From Antedon mediterranea (Eukaryota; Animalia; Echinodermata), in NCBI RefSeq assembly GCF_964355755.1, contig NC_092678.1, positions 8,200,422-8,264,421 on the forward strand: 64,000 bases of DNA, read 5' to 3'. Positions 1-13,230 of this stretch are shown here, piece by piece; the stretch's first letter is position 1, and every line of letters starts with the position of its first letter. The notes beneath the pieces were generated by a model that worked only from the letters and a program-made list of their open reading frames with translations, searched no databases and was not told where the DNA came from. Made by a program: the position numbers and the translations under genes.

Positions 1-44
1 GTTGGTTGGCTGCTTTGTAAAATGTAATGCTCAGTGTGCCTTTA

Positions 45-1245
45 CAGGGATGTCACCAGCTTTTTGGAGTGCTGGTCGGAAAATTTCCCGGGGGGGGGGG
101 GGGGGGGGGGGGTATCCCCCCCCCGGGGGGTTTGTCGTTATTTTAGCGAAACATAAAGAATTATGAAAATAAATAACAACAAATTGCGTCAGGTCTAGGC
201 CTAACCTTGCACCACCGGGGAGTCGCCGTTATTATTCGCGAAAACAAAAAAACGCTTACGAAATGAATAGCAATAGATCGCGTCAGGCTTAGGCCTAGCC
301 TTGTAGACACTACGACCACTAGGCCTAGCCAAGGCTTAGATAGATGCCCCAAAATCTGAATTCCACAAAAACAGGCGCTTCCTTATTTAGGCCTAATCCC
401 TAATCAAATACTGTAGATAAATTATTAGCCTAGACCTTACTACTTGTTGCTCGATATAATGTTGTGTTCTTTTGCGCGAGAGTTTTTTAGCGTATTCGCG
501 AATTCCGGATTTTTTGTTTCACAACTGTGCGGCAAGCATGTAGTGCATGGCCGGCAAGAACAGACACGTGTTTATGGGTTAACTGAAGTTCAGCAACCTG
601 AAGTTGTCCCAGGGACGTGTAATTATTGTACCATGCTCGGCGATCATAAACGAACGAACTTGCCCGGTCTCACTGAACCATGCGCATGTTTTTTTATTTT
701 TTTTAATAGTTCGTAGAGTACAAAAATGTAAAACTAGTAACATAATATAATTAAAGCAGGGTGACAAAACATTCAGCAATTAAAAATGATTTTGTTTGGG
801 TCTATGTAGTTGTACATTTTTAATTACTGCGTACTTGTTTGTATTTTTAATCTGTGCAAAATAAAACGCTTGAATGGTCGCTATGTGAACTTTAAACTTG
901 TAGTTGTACACTGTGCTGTGTAGCACGTTGTTCGCCATGACTCACAAGCTGTAACAATGAATACCAGGGCAGGGTAGGCCTGGTATTGTGTTACAAATAA
1001 AGTAACGTACGTAACCACGGAAACATTTGCTGTAGTCTTTTGTCTTATCTATATGAGGCTAGCTTGTCTGTTATTAACGATGTGCTAGGTAAAATGTTTT
1101 AGTACGAATTTTAGTTAGGCCTAAGGCCTAATATAAATATCGTAAATGATTAAAATAGTGGTGGTCGGCAGCCTGTAAATCCTGGTCGGAAATGTTGAGT
1201 GCTGGTCGGGGCCGACCAGCGCCGACCAGCGTGGTGACATCCCTG
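45..1245. mobile_element. Non-autonomous TIR DNA transposon (hAT-like) with 6-bp TSD, probably within a SENP8 intron
   Basis: 14-bp perfect TIRs CAGGGATGTCACCA (45-58) / TGGTGACATCCCTG (1232-1245); CCTTTA duplicated at 39-44 and 1246-1251; subterminal GCTGGTCGG/CCGACCAGC motifs at both ends; no transposase ORF. Confidence 0.85.
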
Positions 1246-1445
1246 CCTTTAGAAATCTTTATCTATTGTAACCTCAATCTTCTAATCTTAGTCAAATTAT
1301 TGAGCGGCTTATTTTCGAATGTTCTTTACAAGATGTTATACAGTAATTGACACATTTTAGAATCTTGCATTCAGTAGGCCTTCAATTTCTCATCCAACTG
1401 ACAAGATAGTAAAATTTCATTGAATTATTGTTACTATTTTTGTAG

Positions 1446-4400
1446 GAGCGTAATGCTCTTTCACCGTGAACTTCAACAATTCTTACATTATGATTCAATG
1501 TGCAACATGAATGCAGGCGTCGCCAAACAAGTTTCTACAAAACTTCTTCCATATATTGGAGGTAAGTGATTATTTTCCTTCACTATTGTTGTAATGAGTA
1601 AGTGGCCAAAAAGTTAATTAAGACAGTGGAACCGTAATATGTAGAGCGGCAAACGTAGGCCCAGTGTAGACATCTAGCTCGTGTGCACTAATGTATCTTT
1701 GTAGAGGAGTAGGGCTTGCACACTCAGCAACTGTCACAAACAGCCACGGTACTCATCAAGTGGTATCCGAGTATAATAAATAATAAATTGTGCCATTTAA
1801 AATATCTTTTTTTAGTTGAAGAACAAACAGCATTTGTAAATGAAGAGTGCCCTCAACAACAAAACAGTAAGTTCCAAAACTAATAATAAAATGTTTCATG
1901 ATTTTAATATTAAACTACAATTTTCATGGACAAAAGAACACTATTTGCATAAGCAGTGAGATCAAACTATTATCCAACGAGCGTTCCTATGCTAAGCCAC
2001 TGCTAAAATCAACCATTTTCTTAATTCTCTTACCGCTCACATGACGCAATTTGTAGTTGTATAGGAACCGGTATGCATGAGTGCTTATACAGTACCGGAC
2101 AGAATTATTGCAGATTTTGAACGCATTCAACGCATTGTTAAAGTGTTGACAACGCGTTGAAACTGCGTTGTCCGTTGGCGTTGAAAGTGTTGAGTTCGTT
2201 GAACTGTTTATTCAACCAACACAATGTGTTGCGTTGAGTTTGCGTTGAAATAACGAACAATCGGATTCGTATGGTATTTACAGATTGCCAGTGTGTATTA
2301 GTAGTAGTAGTAATAGTATAAAATACAGTATTACAAATATTTAAGAAAACAAACATAATGTGTATTTTTCCGCGGAAACCTAGCTTAATATATTACACTA
2401 GGCTAGGCCTACTACTAACGAGTAGGCCCCGTGTGTATATGAGCCGCGTCTGCCATCGCAGTTAAAAGTAGTGGTCATGTCCTCAATTACTGTGTGCCTA
2501 TATTAACTGGAGTATTAAATACCAAAGTTAAGGCGGCGGTGAATCTTGGAGGCTAGGTCACATCGTAATTAATTATTTCCAAACTAAAAACTTCGCAGTA
2601 CTGTACTACATTTTTCTCGATTATTTATAAAAACAACGTAGCCTACACCCGCCGCCATGGAAGGCAACAATACACCACCAACATAACGATCCAGCATGGT
2701 CGTCGGACGTCGTCCTTTTCACGCATGCTTTTCGTGACGTGAGGGACGAACTGATCGAAAGGTGAAGAGTTCATTCACGTAATAATTAAAAGGGAAAAAA
2801 TCGTTTAGTTTTATTATTATCCATAAATATATCATTATCATGTATTATATTATAAATTAATTATTGTGATGCTTAACGTAACCCATGCTGAGAAAAGCGT
2901 TAAATATAATAACCAAGAAATAGGAATGACCAATTTGATGACAATAGGCAATGTTAGGCGTTTTCTTTAAAATCAAAACCTGTGCCATACCATATTATTC
3001 ACGCCAAGGTGTAACCCACAAATATTTGAATAACCAAACAATTCAGAATAAAGAACCACTTTATTCTGATGCAAGACAATATATTATTACAGGCGAGGTT
3101 TAGGCGTTTTCTCTTTAACATACTATTGTTTCTTAATAATTATAATTATATTGGCCTCCTCCTGAAACTGTATGAATGGGATGGGAGTTGCGAGAATATG
3201 CGAGCGAACAGCCAACATTTTAATCAGTTAACAGTGTGATGCTTTTCAAAACGCGCAACGTTTTCAACGCGTTCAACGCTATGGGATTCAATTGTTTAAC
3301 GTCGTCAATGAACGGTCAACGGGTTCAACACATTCAACACGCTCTATTGTTAACGTATTCAAAACGCTTGTTGTACTTAAAAATGTAATGTTGTTCGATT
3401 TATAAAGATTTAAATTGGTTCATGGATGGGTGTCGGACACGTCAATTTTTTTAGTTCTTTCGAAATTACATTATAACAAACAATGGGACAATTATAAAAT
3501 AAAAACCAAAATAGAGAAACAATATTTTAACTTTATCTCTTGAATCTCGAACAGCTAAAAAATGTAGGCCTAAATAAAATTAATTACTTCGTCGTCATTA
3601 ACGATCGTTAAATACGTCATAACACACGTGGTGTTTTTCTTGAGGAAACCAGGGTGGCGGCCTCGTGTGTTGATGTCAGTAATTTCCACGTTGTTTGATT
3701 TTATGACGTGAGATCGTGTTTTCCCCCGGAAGGCCTACAGTACAGTGTTAACTGTTAGACCATGGAGTAAATGGTTAGACTTGGCATCGACCTTATCATT
3801 CGATGTTTTCCTTCACTAAACACTGGGAAATATCACTGTGTGTTTTATTTGGTAACTGTCCGTTCAATACTTAAAAATATATCTAAGCTTCAAATATATT
3901 TTATTTATATTAAAATATCTGGTAGTGACTGCCGATGGGTATTTTGCCTGTTGTTGTTACTGATCGTTCAGGCGTGCAATCGGCCAGTCTAGTGCTGCAG
4001 CAGCTAGCGTTGAAATAACTAATTGTTTACTTGACATGCTGATAATGACTTTCGTTGAATAAACAACTAAACGTTGAAAGCCGTTCAACGCAACGCAAAC
4101 ACAACGCAACGACAACGTGTTGAATGCGTTGGGATTTTTGCAATAATTCTGTCCTGTACTGTATGGTAACATCGAACCGATCACTGGTCACAGATACCAA
4201 TACCGCACTCGCGATTCAAATTTTTTAGTTGCGCTCGATTCCTTTAGGTTCCAGAAAAAAATAGAAAACTGAAAGAAACTAAGCTGATGTCTACATTTTT
4301 TGTGCACCTACTGCCAATTGTGATCAGTTGCTCAGAGTGTGTATGTCAACAATGTTGAGTTATACGACATTAACACCATAATAGTATTTCATTTTTGTTC

Positions 4401-4645
4401 TAAATAATATATCTGAATTGTTTTTTTACTATGTTTGTATCTAGCAAAAGTTGTAAAATATGTTTTTTACATCGGTAGGTTATGATTGTGGGTTGTTTGC
4501 AATAACTGTTGCGGAATGTCTTTGCAATATTCACCTACTGGAAGAGAAGAAATCTGTAAAAGAGGCTGTTACTCAGGAGAGGGTTACAAAGAAACGTGAA
4601 TATATTAGAAATTTATTATTAAAATTATCGGCCAGTCAAAGCTGA
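1446..4645 (+). CDS. SENP8: Sentrin-specific protease 8 / NEDP1 (deneddylase), last three coding exons; 5' exons not found in the window
   Basis: Exons 1446-1561, 1816-1866 and 4479-4645 have AG/GT boundaries and compatible phases. Joined: (W)SVMLFHRELQQFLHYDSMCNMNAGVAKQVSTKLLPYIG-VEEQTAFVNEECPQQQN-SYDCGLFAITVAECLCN...KREYIRNLLLKLSASQS*. This matches SENP8 motifs HWSLL..HYDS..AKQV and QQNSYDCG (catalytic Asp, oxyanion Gln, catalytic Cys). Confidence 0.92.
2090..4161. mobile_element. Non-autonomous Tc1/mariner-type element in the last SENP8 intron
   Basis: 23-bp TIRs CAGTACCGGACAGAATTATTGCA / TGCAATAATTCTGTCCTGTACTG (1 mismatch), TA on both flanks, clusters of CAACG/CGTTG motifs near both ends and centre. 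Confidence 0.85.
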
Positions 4646-5770
4646 TAGAAAAAAATGTGAATAATAATATGCAAACATGAGTTGAATTAGAATCATTCCA
4701 ACATTTATGCAAACAAGTAACAACTTTTTGTTTGAAGGATAGGCCAATTGTAGAATCACTTTTGTTGTGTGGCATCCAGGCCTCACTACAAAAATGTACA
4801 GTATGTATACACCAAAAGCAAAGCAATACAAAAAAGGTTATGTTATATTATATTTATACTTGGTAGAAATTGATCTTCGTAATGTAAATAATTTTAAAAT
4901 TCAGATTGAATGTCTGCCAGGGGTCTCAATTCAACATAATATTTTGACCTTTACAATTAGGTAGATCAATTTGTTTGTATAAAATGCTGATGTTGTGTAG
5001 TGACATCTAGGCCTATTTATGTAACAACATTGAAGCAACATAGAAATGGCATGCTACTCTAGGTGGAAATTTTCTGGAAATACTCTGGAACAGGAAATTC
5101 AAACTGCTTACACAAACATAAAGGTAGAACACATTGCCTCAATATTCAACATAAAATAAGCAGCAGTAAGTAGCAGTAAAGATTTTTTTTAACTGGCTTT
5201 ATGGACTTGGCAGCAACTTTGTCTATGAAGCTTTGGGCATCATGGAGCTTATATAAGGGTGAATAATCTCTTAAAGGAATTGGTTGGGAACAGTAAATTG
5301 ATGAAGGCAAATACATAAAATAGAAGATATTGTATCTTCTTTATAATCTTTGAAACATTTCAGACATTATTTAATATTGATCTCTTATTTCTTCAATTCT
5401 TGATTGAAAGATTTATTGAAGGCACTTCGTGGCAATTAATTTTATTACGGTTTCATAGTCCAGACCTTGTGTTTTGAAAATGACAATTGGTGTGCTACAA
5501 ATTACACTCAACACATTCTTAAAGGATGGCAACGGCATCCTGAACCAATGTCGAAGTCACCTTATTATCTGAGAAAAAGTAGAGGAGGACCCGCAAATTA
5601 AGTTAAGTTATTACATGGATTCCTTTTCGATTTTGAGCAGCCCCATTATGTGTGCGCAGGGTAGATTCTAAGAGGCCTGAGTCTTGTCAGGAAAGATGTT
5701 GACTGACGGATTCAAATCCAATTTTTTGCGGACCAGGCTATATGGTGTCCCCGTAAATAATTTTTTAGGA

Positions 5771-5887
5771 ATATTAGTTCATGAACTCTATTCATGATAT
5801 TAATTCATGAACTTTATTCATTAATTCATGAACTTTATTCAATATTAATTCATGAACAATATTAGTTCATGACTTTATTCAATATTC
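5771..5887. repeat. Irregular short tandem repeat built on the palindrome TTCATGAA (ATATTAATTCATGAACTTTATTC-like units)
   Basis: About 5 imperfect copies read directly. Confidence 0.6.
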
Positions 5888-6296
5888 GTTTGAAAAGTTT
5901 GAAACATTTTCAATTATATCCTTTTGGTTGCAACCTATTGTTGTCCGAATGATGTCCAAAAGACCGTAAACCTTTTAAGGATTTAGTGGTCGGCGTGGCT
6001 GACCTGTACATTTGTTGTTTTTTCCTGTCACCGAGCAGGATGTGATCTCATTGTTTGTGAAAAGTTTTAGAAGCAATGTTTAAAAAGCCCGAGGCACGGG
6101 GGCCGTTCGCCCTTACGGCATCCCTGTAATTGTGCCATTTTGTGCCCATTATAAACCGTTTCATCGACTTCTTTTGTTCCTTCCCGAACTTTCACTCTTG
6201 TAGTGCCTTTATTTATTTTATTTAGGGCCTTCAATTTCCCTTCTACACGCTTTTCTCTTTCTCTTGTCCTGAAAACACATAAATAATAATAATATA

Positions 6297-7069
6297 CCGT
6301 AGTTCCTCGGGTATAATCCCACCTCGGGTATAATCCCACCCCCGACTTTACGATTACCTTCACACGCAAGCATATCCCCGGGCAAAGTCCCAGTGTATAA
6401 TTTTACATTAGGCCAGAGGTGGGCCTAGGCCTACTGTAGCTAGCTAGGCCGACGTCAATTTCTCACCAAAAAAATAGAGTGATTTCTCTGAATTTGGCTG
6501 ACTTAAAACTCATCAAACATTGTTAAGTTGAATACAACCTTAAGGCCCCGATCGTCATGTTTGTACATCCTTTCGCCGTCGTGTACATTCTTTCTCTTGT
6601 TGTTTACACTACTCTGTGCATGCTTGATTACCGTAAAAAAAACACCGCCCTCTATACCGACCAGCTTGTGCACAGTAGAGTTTGTGTCACATGCAACAAC
6701 ATGCGATTTACACAGCCAGAGAGCTCGAGCGTGTGAGTGAACATGTATCGATCGAGTTCATGTCGATTTAGGAACAGGCCTAGGCCTAGATCACATTTTA
6801 GGGTATTTTTAAGTAGAAATCTCGGGGAAAATCTATACGGTAGGCATAGAACAGGTAAGACCAATTAGGCCGCCTAGGCCTAGATGGCCTGGCCGTCTAA
6901 TTGCTAGGCCTACATCGGAATATAGCTTTTAGATAGCCTAAATCGTAGCTAGAAGAAATATCGTCATTTTCAGTTCATGCAGCGGGAAATCCCCGGGTAT
7001 AGTCCCACCTCCCAAATTCGGGCAAATTTCACGTACAAGGGGGGTGGGATTATACCCGGGGAACTACGG
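6297..7069. mobile_element. MITE, Tc2/pogo-like (TA|CCGT termini)
   Basis: TIRs CCGTAGTTCCTCGGGTATAATCCCACC / GGTGGGATTATACCCGGGGAACTACGG, TA flanks, internal repeats of GGGTATAATCCCACC. Confidence 0.85.
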
Positions 7070-7989
7070 TAATACTGTAACAATAAAGTTCAATTTAATA
7101 TAGCACAAAATGCAGGACGCCTCTAAGCACTGAACAATCAACAAAGATGAGCAAACAATTAATGATAAAAGTGTAAATTAAAAAGGTGGGACTGCAAAGA
7201 TTTGTTTTTAGTTATTGTTATATTTAAAGAGCATAAGTATTATTGTTGTTTAACCTTGGAATAAAATGCTATTGGATGAAATCCCATAACTATAATTAAT
7301 ATTCACCTGGATAACAGATATCCTACAGGATTTTGAGGTTTGTGACTTTTACACAATAGATACTGTACTTTAGATAATGAAACATACATGCCTTTCTGCT
7401 CGGTTCCAAAAAGAAACATCTTCTAAAAATAGATTCAATATACTGAATTAGTGCTAATTAATCACAAACAAATATGCAGTGCTGTATTTTATGAAGCAAA
7501 AATAAAAAAACATTTTATTTTTTGGATGCGTTGGTTAGCCTCGCTTCCAGAATCGGTAAAATCGGGCTCATACAATACGGTTGAAACGCCCTTTTATCCC
7601 CTTACAACCTACAACAGACTCATTTTTTAAAAATACAATTCTTTGGTACTGCATTCAATAATCACTTTTTGGCGTATCCATAACGTCTCCTTCACCTTCA
7701 TCAATTTCAAATTCTTAATGGATCGTTTCCTCTTCAAGATCAGACTCCGAACTATCTTGCCGATATACAGTTTGTGTACAGAGAGGTGTGCGCCTAGTGT
7801 CGTGACCAGGCAGTGTGTTCATCTTATGACGTCACGATTTATCGCCATGGATTTCCTGCTTCCAAATTCGACTTCGGAGATATAAACTCCGATGTATGTA
7901 AATCATAAAAAATATCATAATTTACGTTTATAGAATTTATTTTACCAAAACGTACTAATAAAATCAACATATTAAGACCCAAATCAGCC

Positions 7990-10480
7990 AAAAAACCGTT
8001 CTACATCGATACCATACCATGATCTTTAAAGCACTCGTTACACACGTTACATTACCTAATTTTATGAGATGGTTAAAGTGTTTGGCACATAATGCTTCTA
8101 ATTTCGATGTCTGGTGCTTTTCACTCATTTGTTCAATGTCTTTTACTAACCTAGGATTTTGTAATGATATCCTTTGTTTGTTGGCAGCAATACTACCTAT
8201 TAATTAACACCAACATATACCTATTTATTTGTTGTATGTCAAAAGAAGAAAATATTTACATGTGTTTTAAAAAATAGAAAATCTCCCCTCACCATTTCTT
8301 CCGTGGCTCACCATCACTGATTTCAGCATGGAGTCAACAAGGGGAAGAGATTACCATGACTTATGTGTATGTTTTGCATATGCCGTAACAACGAGTTCCA
8401 TTTTGCTACCATGCTTTGGTCGTGCCCGGATGGAGTTAATGTAGCGCACCAATATACTTGGTGGTTAATGCTGTTTTTGCCCATGTTTTTATATCTTGTC
8501 CACAAACCAGCTTTGCTGCTGCATCAATTTTTGTTCATACCTTAAACCTCTTAGTACCGAATTTCCAGATAATGACTTTCTATGTCAACCAGATTCTTTT
8601 TGGGAACAACATTTTTTTCAATGTTTTTAAAGGTGGTCTCGTTTTTTTAAGTTTTGAGAAACTTCTAGTCATTTTAGAGGAAAACATTTCTAAAAACAAT
8701 GTTTCTTATAAAATTTCCTATCTTTTGGTAAATATTTCATACATTTTTGGCTGGACCTAATTTATGATTTATGAATTCAAAAATGATGAAAAATATGAAA
8801 CATTTTGTTGTGTGTATATATATACATGGTGCTTCTTACCTGCAATCGGTTGGCACACACGATTGACTAACTTCCGTGTTTTATCTGGCAGATTGTCACC
8901 ACCTGTATACAATTCTTGATGATATACGTAGCCAGTTTGTGCATCTGTTAAGTGCTACACTGCTAATGTATGCAGTCATCCCCCATTTGTGTGACTTTTG
9001 TGGGTTGTATGTTCTGAAGCGAATCCTACCTAAAAAAGCTATTATACTCTCGTCCAATGACACGCTTCTATAGGGATAAAAAGATTGAAAGTTAGCAGTA
9101 AGAATGGACATAAAAAATGAAACTTTGTATCCTCAATCATAGGTTGGGTCATCTCGAGGAGGAGCAGCAGCATCATCAGCCAGATGGAGACACCTGAGGA
9201 GCAACATGAAACGGTTTCTGGACCAGACCAGTGACTCTCGTAGCTTCCTCGTCTGTCAAAACTGAGACCTAAAATAAGAGCAATGAACGCACTTACCTCA
9301 TTTATGTCCGTAAAAAAAACAATTACTAATGTAATGTTTGAAATGCAAAACATTTTTATTCCTACTCATACATAATATATATAACATAATACAAAAATAA
9401 AAATAGGAATACAAAAATAGGAAATATACAAAAATAATGAATAATCTAAATAATTGTTAGGCCTACAGCTATTTTGTTTTTATAAAGCCAACCAAAAAAT
9501 AAAACTTTTGAAACATAATGAAAATTACCACGTTGAGATAAAAACACAAAATAGTCAACGTAATAAGTAAATATAATAATATAGAATACATATTTACCTA
9601 ACCAGGAATAATCATAAGCGCGATCTTTCCATTCTAAATGCTTGATTCTTCTTCTGTACCTAGGCCCTTGTGCACCGTCGTCTTCGGGTTCATCGTCGCC
9701 GCTAATATCGTCTCTTATCAGGCGCGTCAGAATCTGATTCTCGCTCTTCGAGATCGCGATAAAATAACTCCTCATCATCACTGTCATCAAGCAAAAGAAG
9801 ATCAAGGGCCTCCTCGTCATTATACAAAAATTATTGATTTTCAATATAAATTTACGGAAAATTATTGGTAAAAAAATATATCGTGGTTGCAAATTTCTGA
9901 ATCGAAATTTAATGAGCTTTTCAAAAAAAGCTATCCCAGAATGCTCAGACAAGGAGAAGTTAGTGATTGTCGCCCTCAAACACAGAAGGTACGTTTGGTG
10001 TGTATCGCCGACTATGAGTTTTCAACGCATATCGCATATGGATTCTAACGCTGCCCACGGCACTAAGAGGCTTAAAACTGAGTAGTAAAATGTTACCAAT
10101 CACCTTAATCTACAGTAATAGGTCCAGATGTCAAATGTAGGGTTTCAAAACAGTTGCCAAAACCCACTTCTGTCACATACTCTACCTGCTGTATCCTATA
10201 CCTTCTGTGCTCTTCCCATAGACTTGGCAACAAAAAATTACGCTGGTGCACAAATAATGCTGTTGCGAAATGGCAGCACATCGATCATAGTACATTCCTA
10301 GCAGGCGCATTCTGTATCTTAGGCTGGGACTTGCAGTGTGTCGTGTGAAGTTGCATGAAGGACATTGTTGCTTAATGTGGCAAAAAGTTCATTAGACTAA
10401 ACTTGTGAAACTGTCAAGTTTCAGCACTGCACATGGAAAAAATTTGAAAAGCAGTCAATAAACTGTCTTCGTGTACAATT
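7990..10480 (-). pseudogene. Degraded Kolobok-type DDE transposase remnant, interrupted by a piggyBac element
   Basis: Minus-strand pieces in gene order: IVHEDSLL..CKSQPKIQNAPARNVL..HQRNFLLPSLW (10150-10480); NSINHQVYWCATLTPSGHDQSMVAKWNSLLRHMQNIH (8323-8505); RLVKDIEQMSEKHQTSKLEAL (8090-8170). Many stops and frameshifts; family assignment from motif recall. Confidence 0.6.
8546..10071 (-). mobile_element. Internally deleted piggyBac element
   Basis: TTAA at 8542-8545 and 10072-10075; TIRs ACCTCTTAGTACCG / CGGCACTAAGAGGC; transposase remnants: acidic N-terminus DDISGDDEPEDD, LILGLSFDRRGSYESHWS and SLDESIIAFLGRIRFRTYNPQKSHKWG (piggyBac DES..F.GR...Y.P.K..K.G motif). Confidence 0.85.
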
Positions 10481-10528
10481 AACTATTCGACCTCTAAAAG
10501 CATATCCTGCTACTTAAAGCCCAATGCT

Positions 10529-11651
10529 ATACATGGTGCTTCTTACCTGCAATCGGTTGGCACACATGATTGACTAACCTCCGTGTTTTATCTGGCAGAT
10601 TGTCACCACCTGTATACAATTCTTGATGATATACGTAGCCAGTTTGTGCATCTGTTAAGTGCTACACTGCTAATGTATGCAGTCATCCCCCATTTGTGTG
10701 ACTTTTGTGGGTTGTATGTTCTGAAGCGAATCCTACCTAAAAAAGCTATTATACTCTCGTCCAATGACACGCTTCTATAGGGATAAAAAGATTGAAAGTT
10801 AGCAGTAAGAATGGACATAAAAAATGAAACTTTGTATCCTCAATCATAGGTTGGGTCATCTCGAGGAGGAGCAGCAGCATCATCAGCCAGATTGAGACAC
10901 CTGAGGAGCAACATGAAACGGTTTCTGGACCAGACCAGTGACTCTCGTAGCTTCCTCGTCTGTCAAAACCGAGACCTAAAATAAGAGCAATGAACGCATG
11001 TACCTCATTTATGTCCGTAAAAAAAACAATCACTAATGTAATGTTTGAAATGAAAAACATTTTTATTCCTACTCATACATAATATATATAACATAATACA
11101 AAAATAAAAATAGGAATACAAAGATAGGAAATATACAAAAATAATGAATAATCTAAATAATTGTTAGGCCTACAGCTATTTTGTTTTTATAAAGCCAACC
11201 AAAAAATAAAACTTTTGAAACATAATGAAAATTACCACGTTGAGATAAAAACGCAAAATAGTCAACGTAATAAGTAAATATACAGTAATAATATAGAATA
11301 CATATTTACCTAACCAGGAATCATAAGCGCGATCTTTCCATTCTAAATGCTTGATTCTTCTTCTGTACCTAGGCCCTTGTGCACCGTCGTCTTCGGGTTC
11401 ATCGTCGCCGCTAATATCGTCTCTTATCAGGCACGTCAGAATCTGATTCTCGCTCTTCGAGATCGCGATAAAATAACTCAATTATCATAACTGTCATCAA
11501 GCAAAAGAAGATCAAGGGCCTCCTCGGCATTATACAAAAATTATTGATTTTCAATATAAATTTACGGAAAATTATTGGTAAAAAAATATATCGTGGTTGC
11601 AAATTTCTGAATCGAAATTTAATGAGCTTTTCAAAAAAAGCTATCCCAGAA
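10529..11651 (-). repeat. Near-identical duplicate of the piggyBac interior (about 8821-9941), lacking both TIRs
   Basis: ORFs 8876/10583 and 8896/10603 are identical and 9042/10749 nearly so; sequence is colinear with few SNPs/indels. Confidence 0.9.
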
Positions 11652-11699
11652 TTAACTATTCGACCTCTAAAAGCATCTCCTGCTACATACTTTAAAGCC

Positions 11700-12580
11700 C
11701 AACGCTTCCTGGCGGCCTTCGCAAGTTGGGATGATGACCTTTCTGCACCATATATTCAAAAACTGTTTTGCAAAAAAAAAAAAAGCATTCTTTGGCATAT
11801 CATATCAAAACCCATTTTCCTAAAAATGGCATTTCGAGCCTGTTCACCATGATTGTATAATATTTGCATCCGCCACAGCCGTTTCGAGTCGCTGACGGCT
11901 GACAAATGCTTCAGGCACCTGTTCCAGATTACATTGTGGAATGACTCATTGGTATTTTGTGTACCACCATGTTTACATGCATCCAGCAAAGATGTACTGC
12001 GTAGTTCTTAAAAAATTGGCTTTAAATTGGCATTGCATAGTTTTCGAAATAATTTGTAGGTTCAGCACCACCTTTTTAAACTTGGCATCAATCATCGCAA
12101 TCCTCCTTCTCCTATATTGCTTTTCTCATGGCATTAACATCAGGACATAACCCTCGAATAGCCCTGCCATTTTAGTGACTCTGGAAACCTTCATGTCAGC
12201 ATTTGTTTCTTCCATTTCTACGATGCCCACTGATTCCTTTGACAACATGGCCTTTGTGTAAAAACGATTGTTCTTTCAAGGCTTTTGAAATTGAATATAA
12301 GTGCCTGTACATTTTCTTTTGTATGTGGCCTATACATTCTTTCTTTATGCTTTCATATCCATCATAAATTGGAGGATCGGCAGGTACTACTTGAGATACC
12401 CTAAATATCTTCGGTTTAATCGCCATAATGTGGCCAACTTAGCTTGGCGTTCTATTGCACCAGCACAACCAGAATTTTTGGCATTGCATTTTGCTGTGGT
12501 TTTTGTGTGCCATTTTCCATTCTTTGAAGGCCTCACTTCCCATCTCATAGTACAACCAAAGATTTTGCTGTGATGAGACT
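11700..12580 (-). pseudogene. Mutator-like / Kolobok-related transposase fragment
   Basis: YDGYESIKKECIGHIQKKM (K.EC.GH.QKRM motif) and LDACKHGGTQNTNESFHNVIWNRCLK (C.HG.TQN.NES....IW..CPK motif); frameshifted. Confidence 0.7.
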
Positions 12581-12799
12581 CTATAGAAATTTTCTATTAA
12601 AGAAATTATTTAAAGCGCATTATGTTTGAGTAAATTCTGTCTTTATTCATAATGTGGGATACTTGAAATGAAAGCTGTTGCTCGATGGGTTACTGTTTCG
12701 TCTAATTCATCATCGTCAGATGAGTCATGTGTATCTTCCTGCTCTTCGAATTTGGCCTGTGACGTTTGTTACACCAAGCTCATGCATTTTTGACGCAAC

Positions 12800-13230
12800 T
12801 CTATCTAAACCAGCAATGAAATGTCGGAAGATTTCGCCATCTTGCTCGTGTACCAACCGAGCAATATCGCGTCATAAACTTGTAAGGACTCTCCAATTCG
12901 TCTTTGTCGGAACGTGAGAGATGATCGCAATGCCAGGTGTTTTAGTGAATCCTGGTCAAATACTTTAAATAATTCAGCTTGCACTCGTAGAAAGTTGGTT
13001 TTGATTCTGTGGGGTAAATTATCCCAGAATGTGAAGGCCGCTCCCGACAAACAAGAAGGTAAAATACGAGCCTCCTCGGCTGGAGTCATTGCAGGATTTG
13101 CTGCATCGAGAGCTACCTCCAGGCACCGGCGCTATACCGAAAAATCTTCGGTGCCATTACCCAGGAAAAAAGGGGGAAAATCAACTTTATATGGAATGGT
13201 GTGGGAATTTTGAGAAGTGGCATGACTTCC
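12800..13230 (-). pseudogene. Ty3/gypsy gag (capsid) fragment
   Basis: FPPFFLGNGTEDFSV..ARILPSCLSGAAFTFWDNLP..AELFKVF..RQRRIGESLQVY; no LTRs seen. Confidence 0.65.

Noticed and set aside
1600-1790. SINE or tRNA-derived element in a SENP8 intron
   Set aside because: It has an A-rich tail-like end, but I could not identify A/B boxes, a cloverleaf or a TSD
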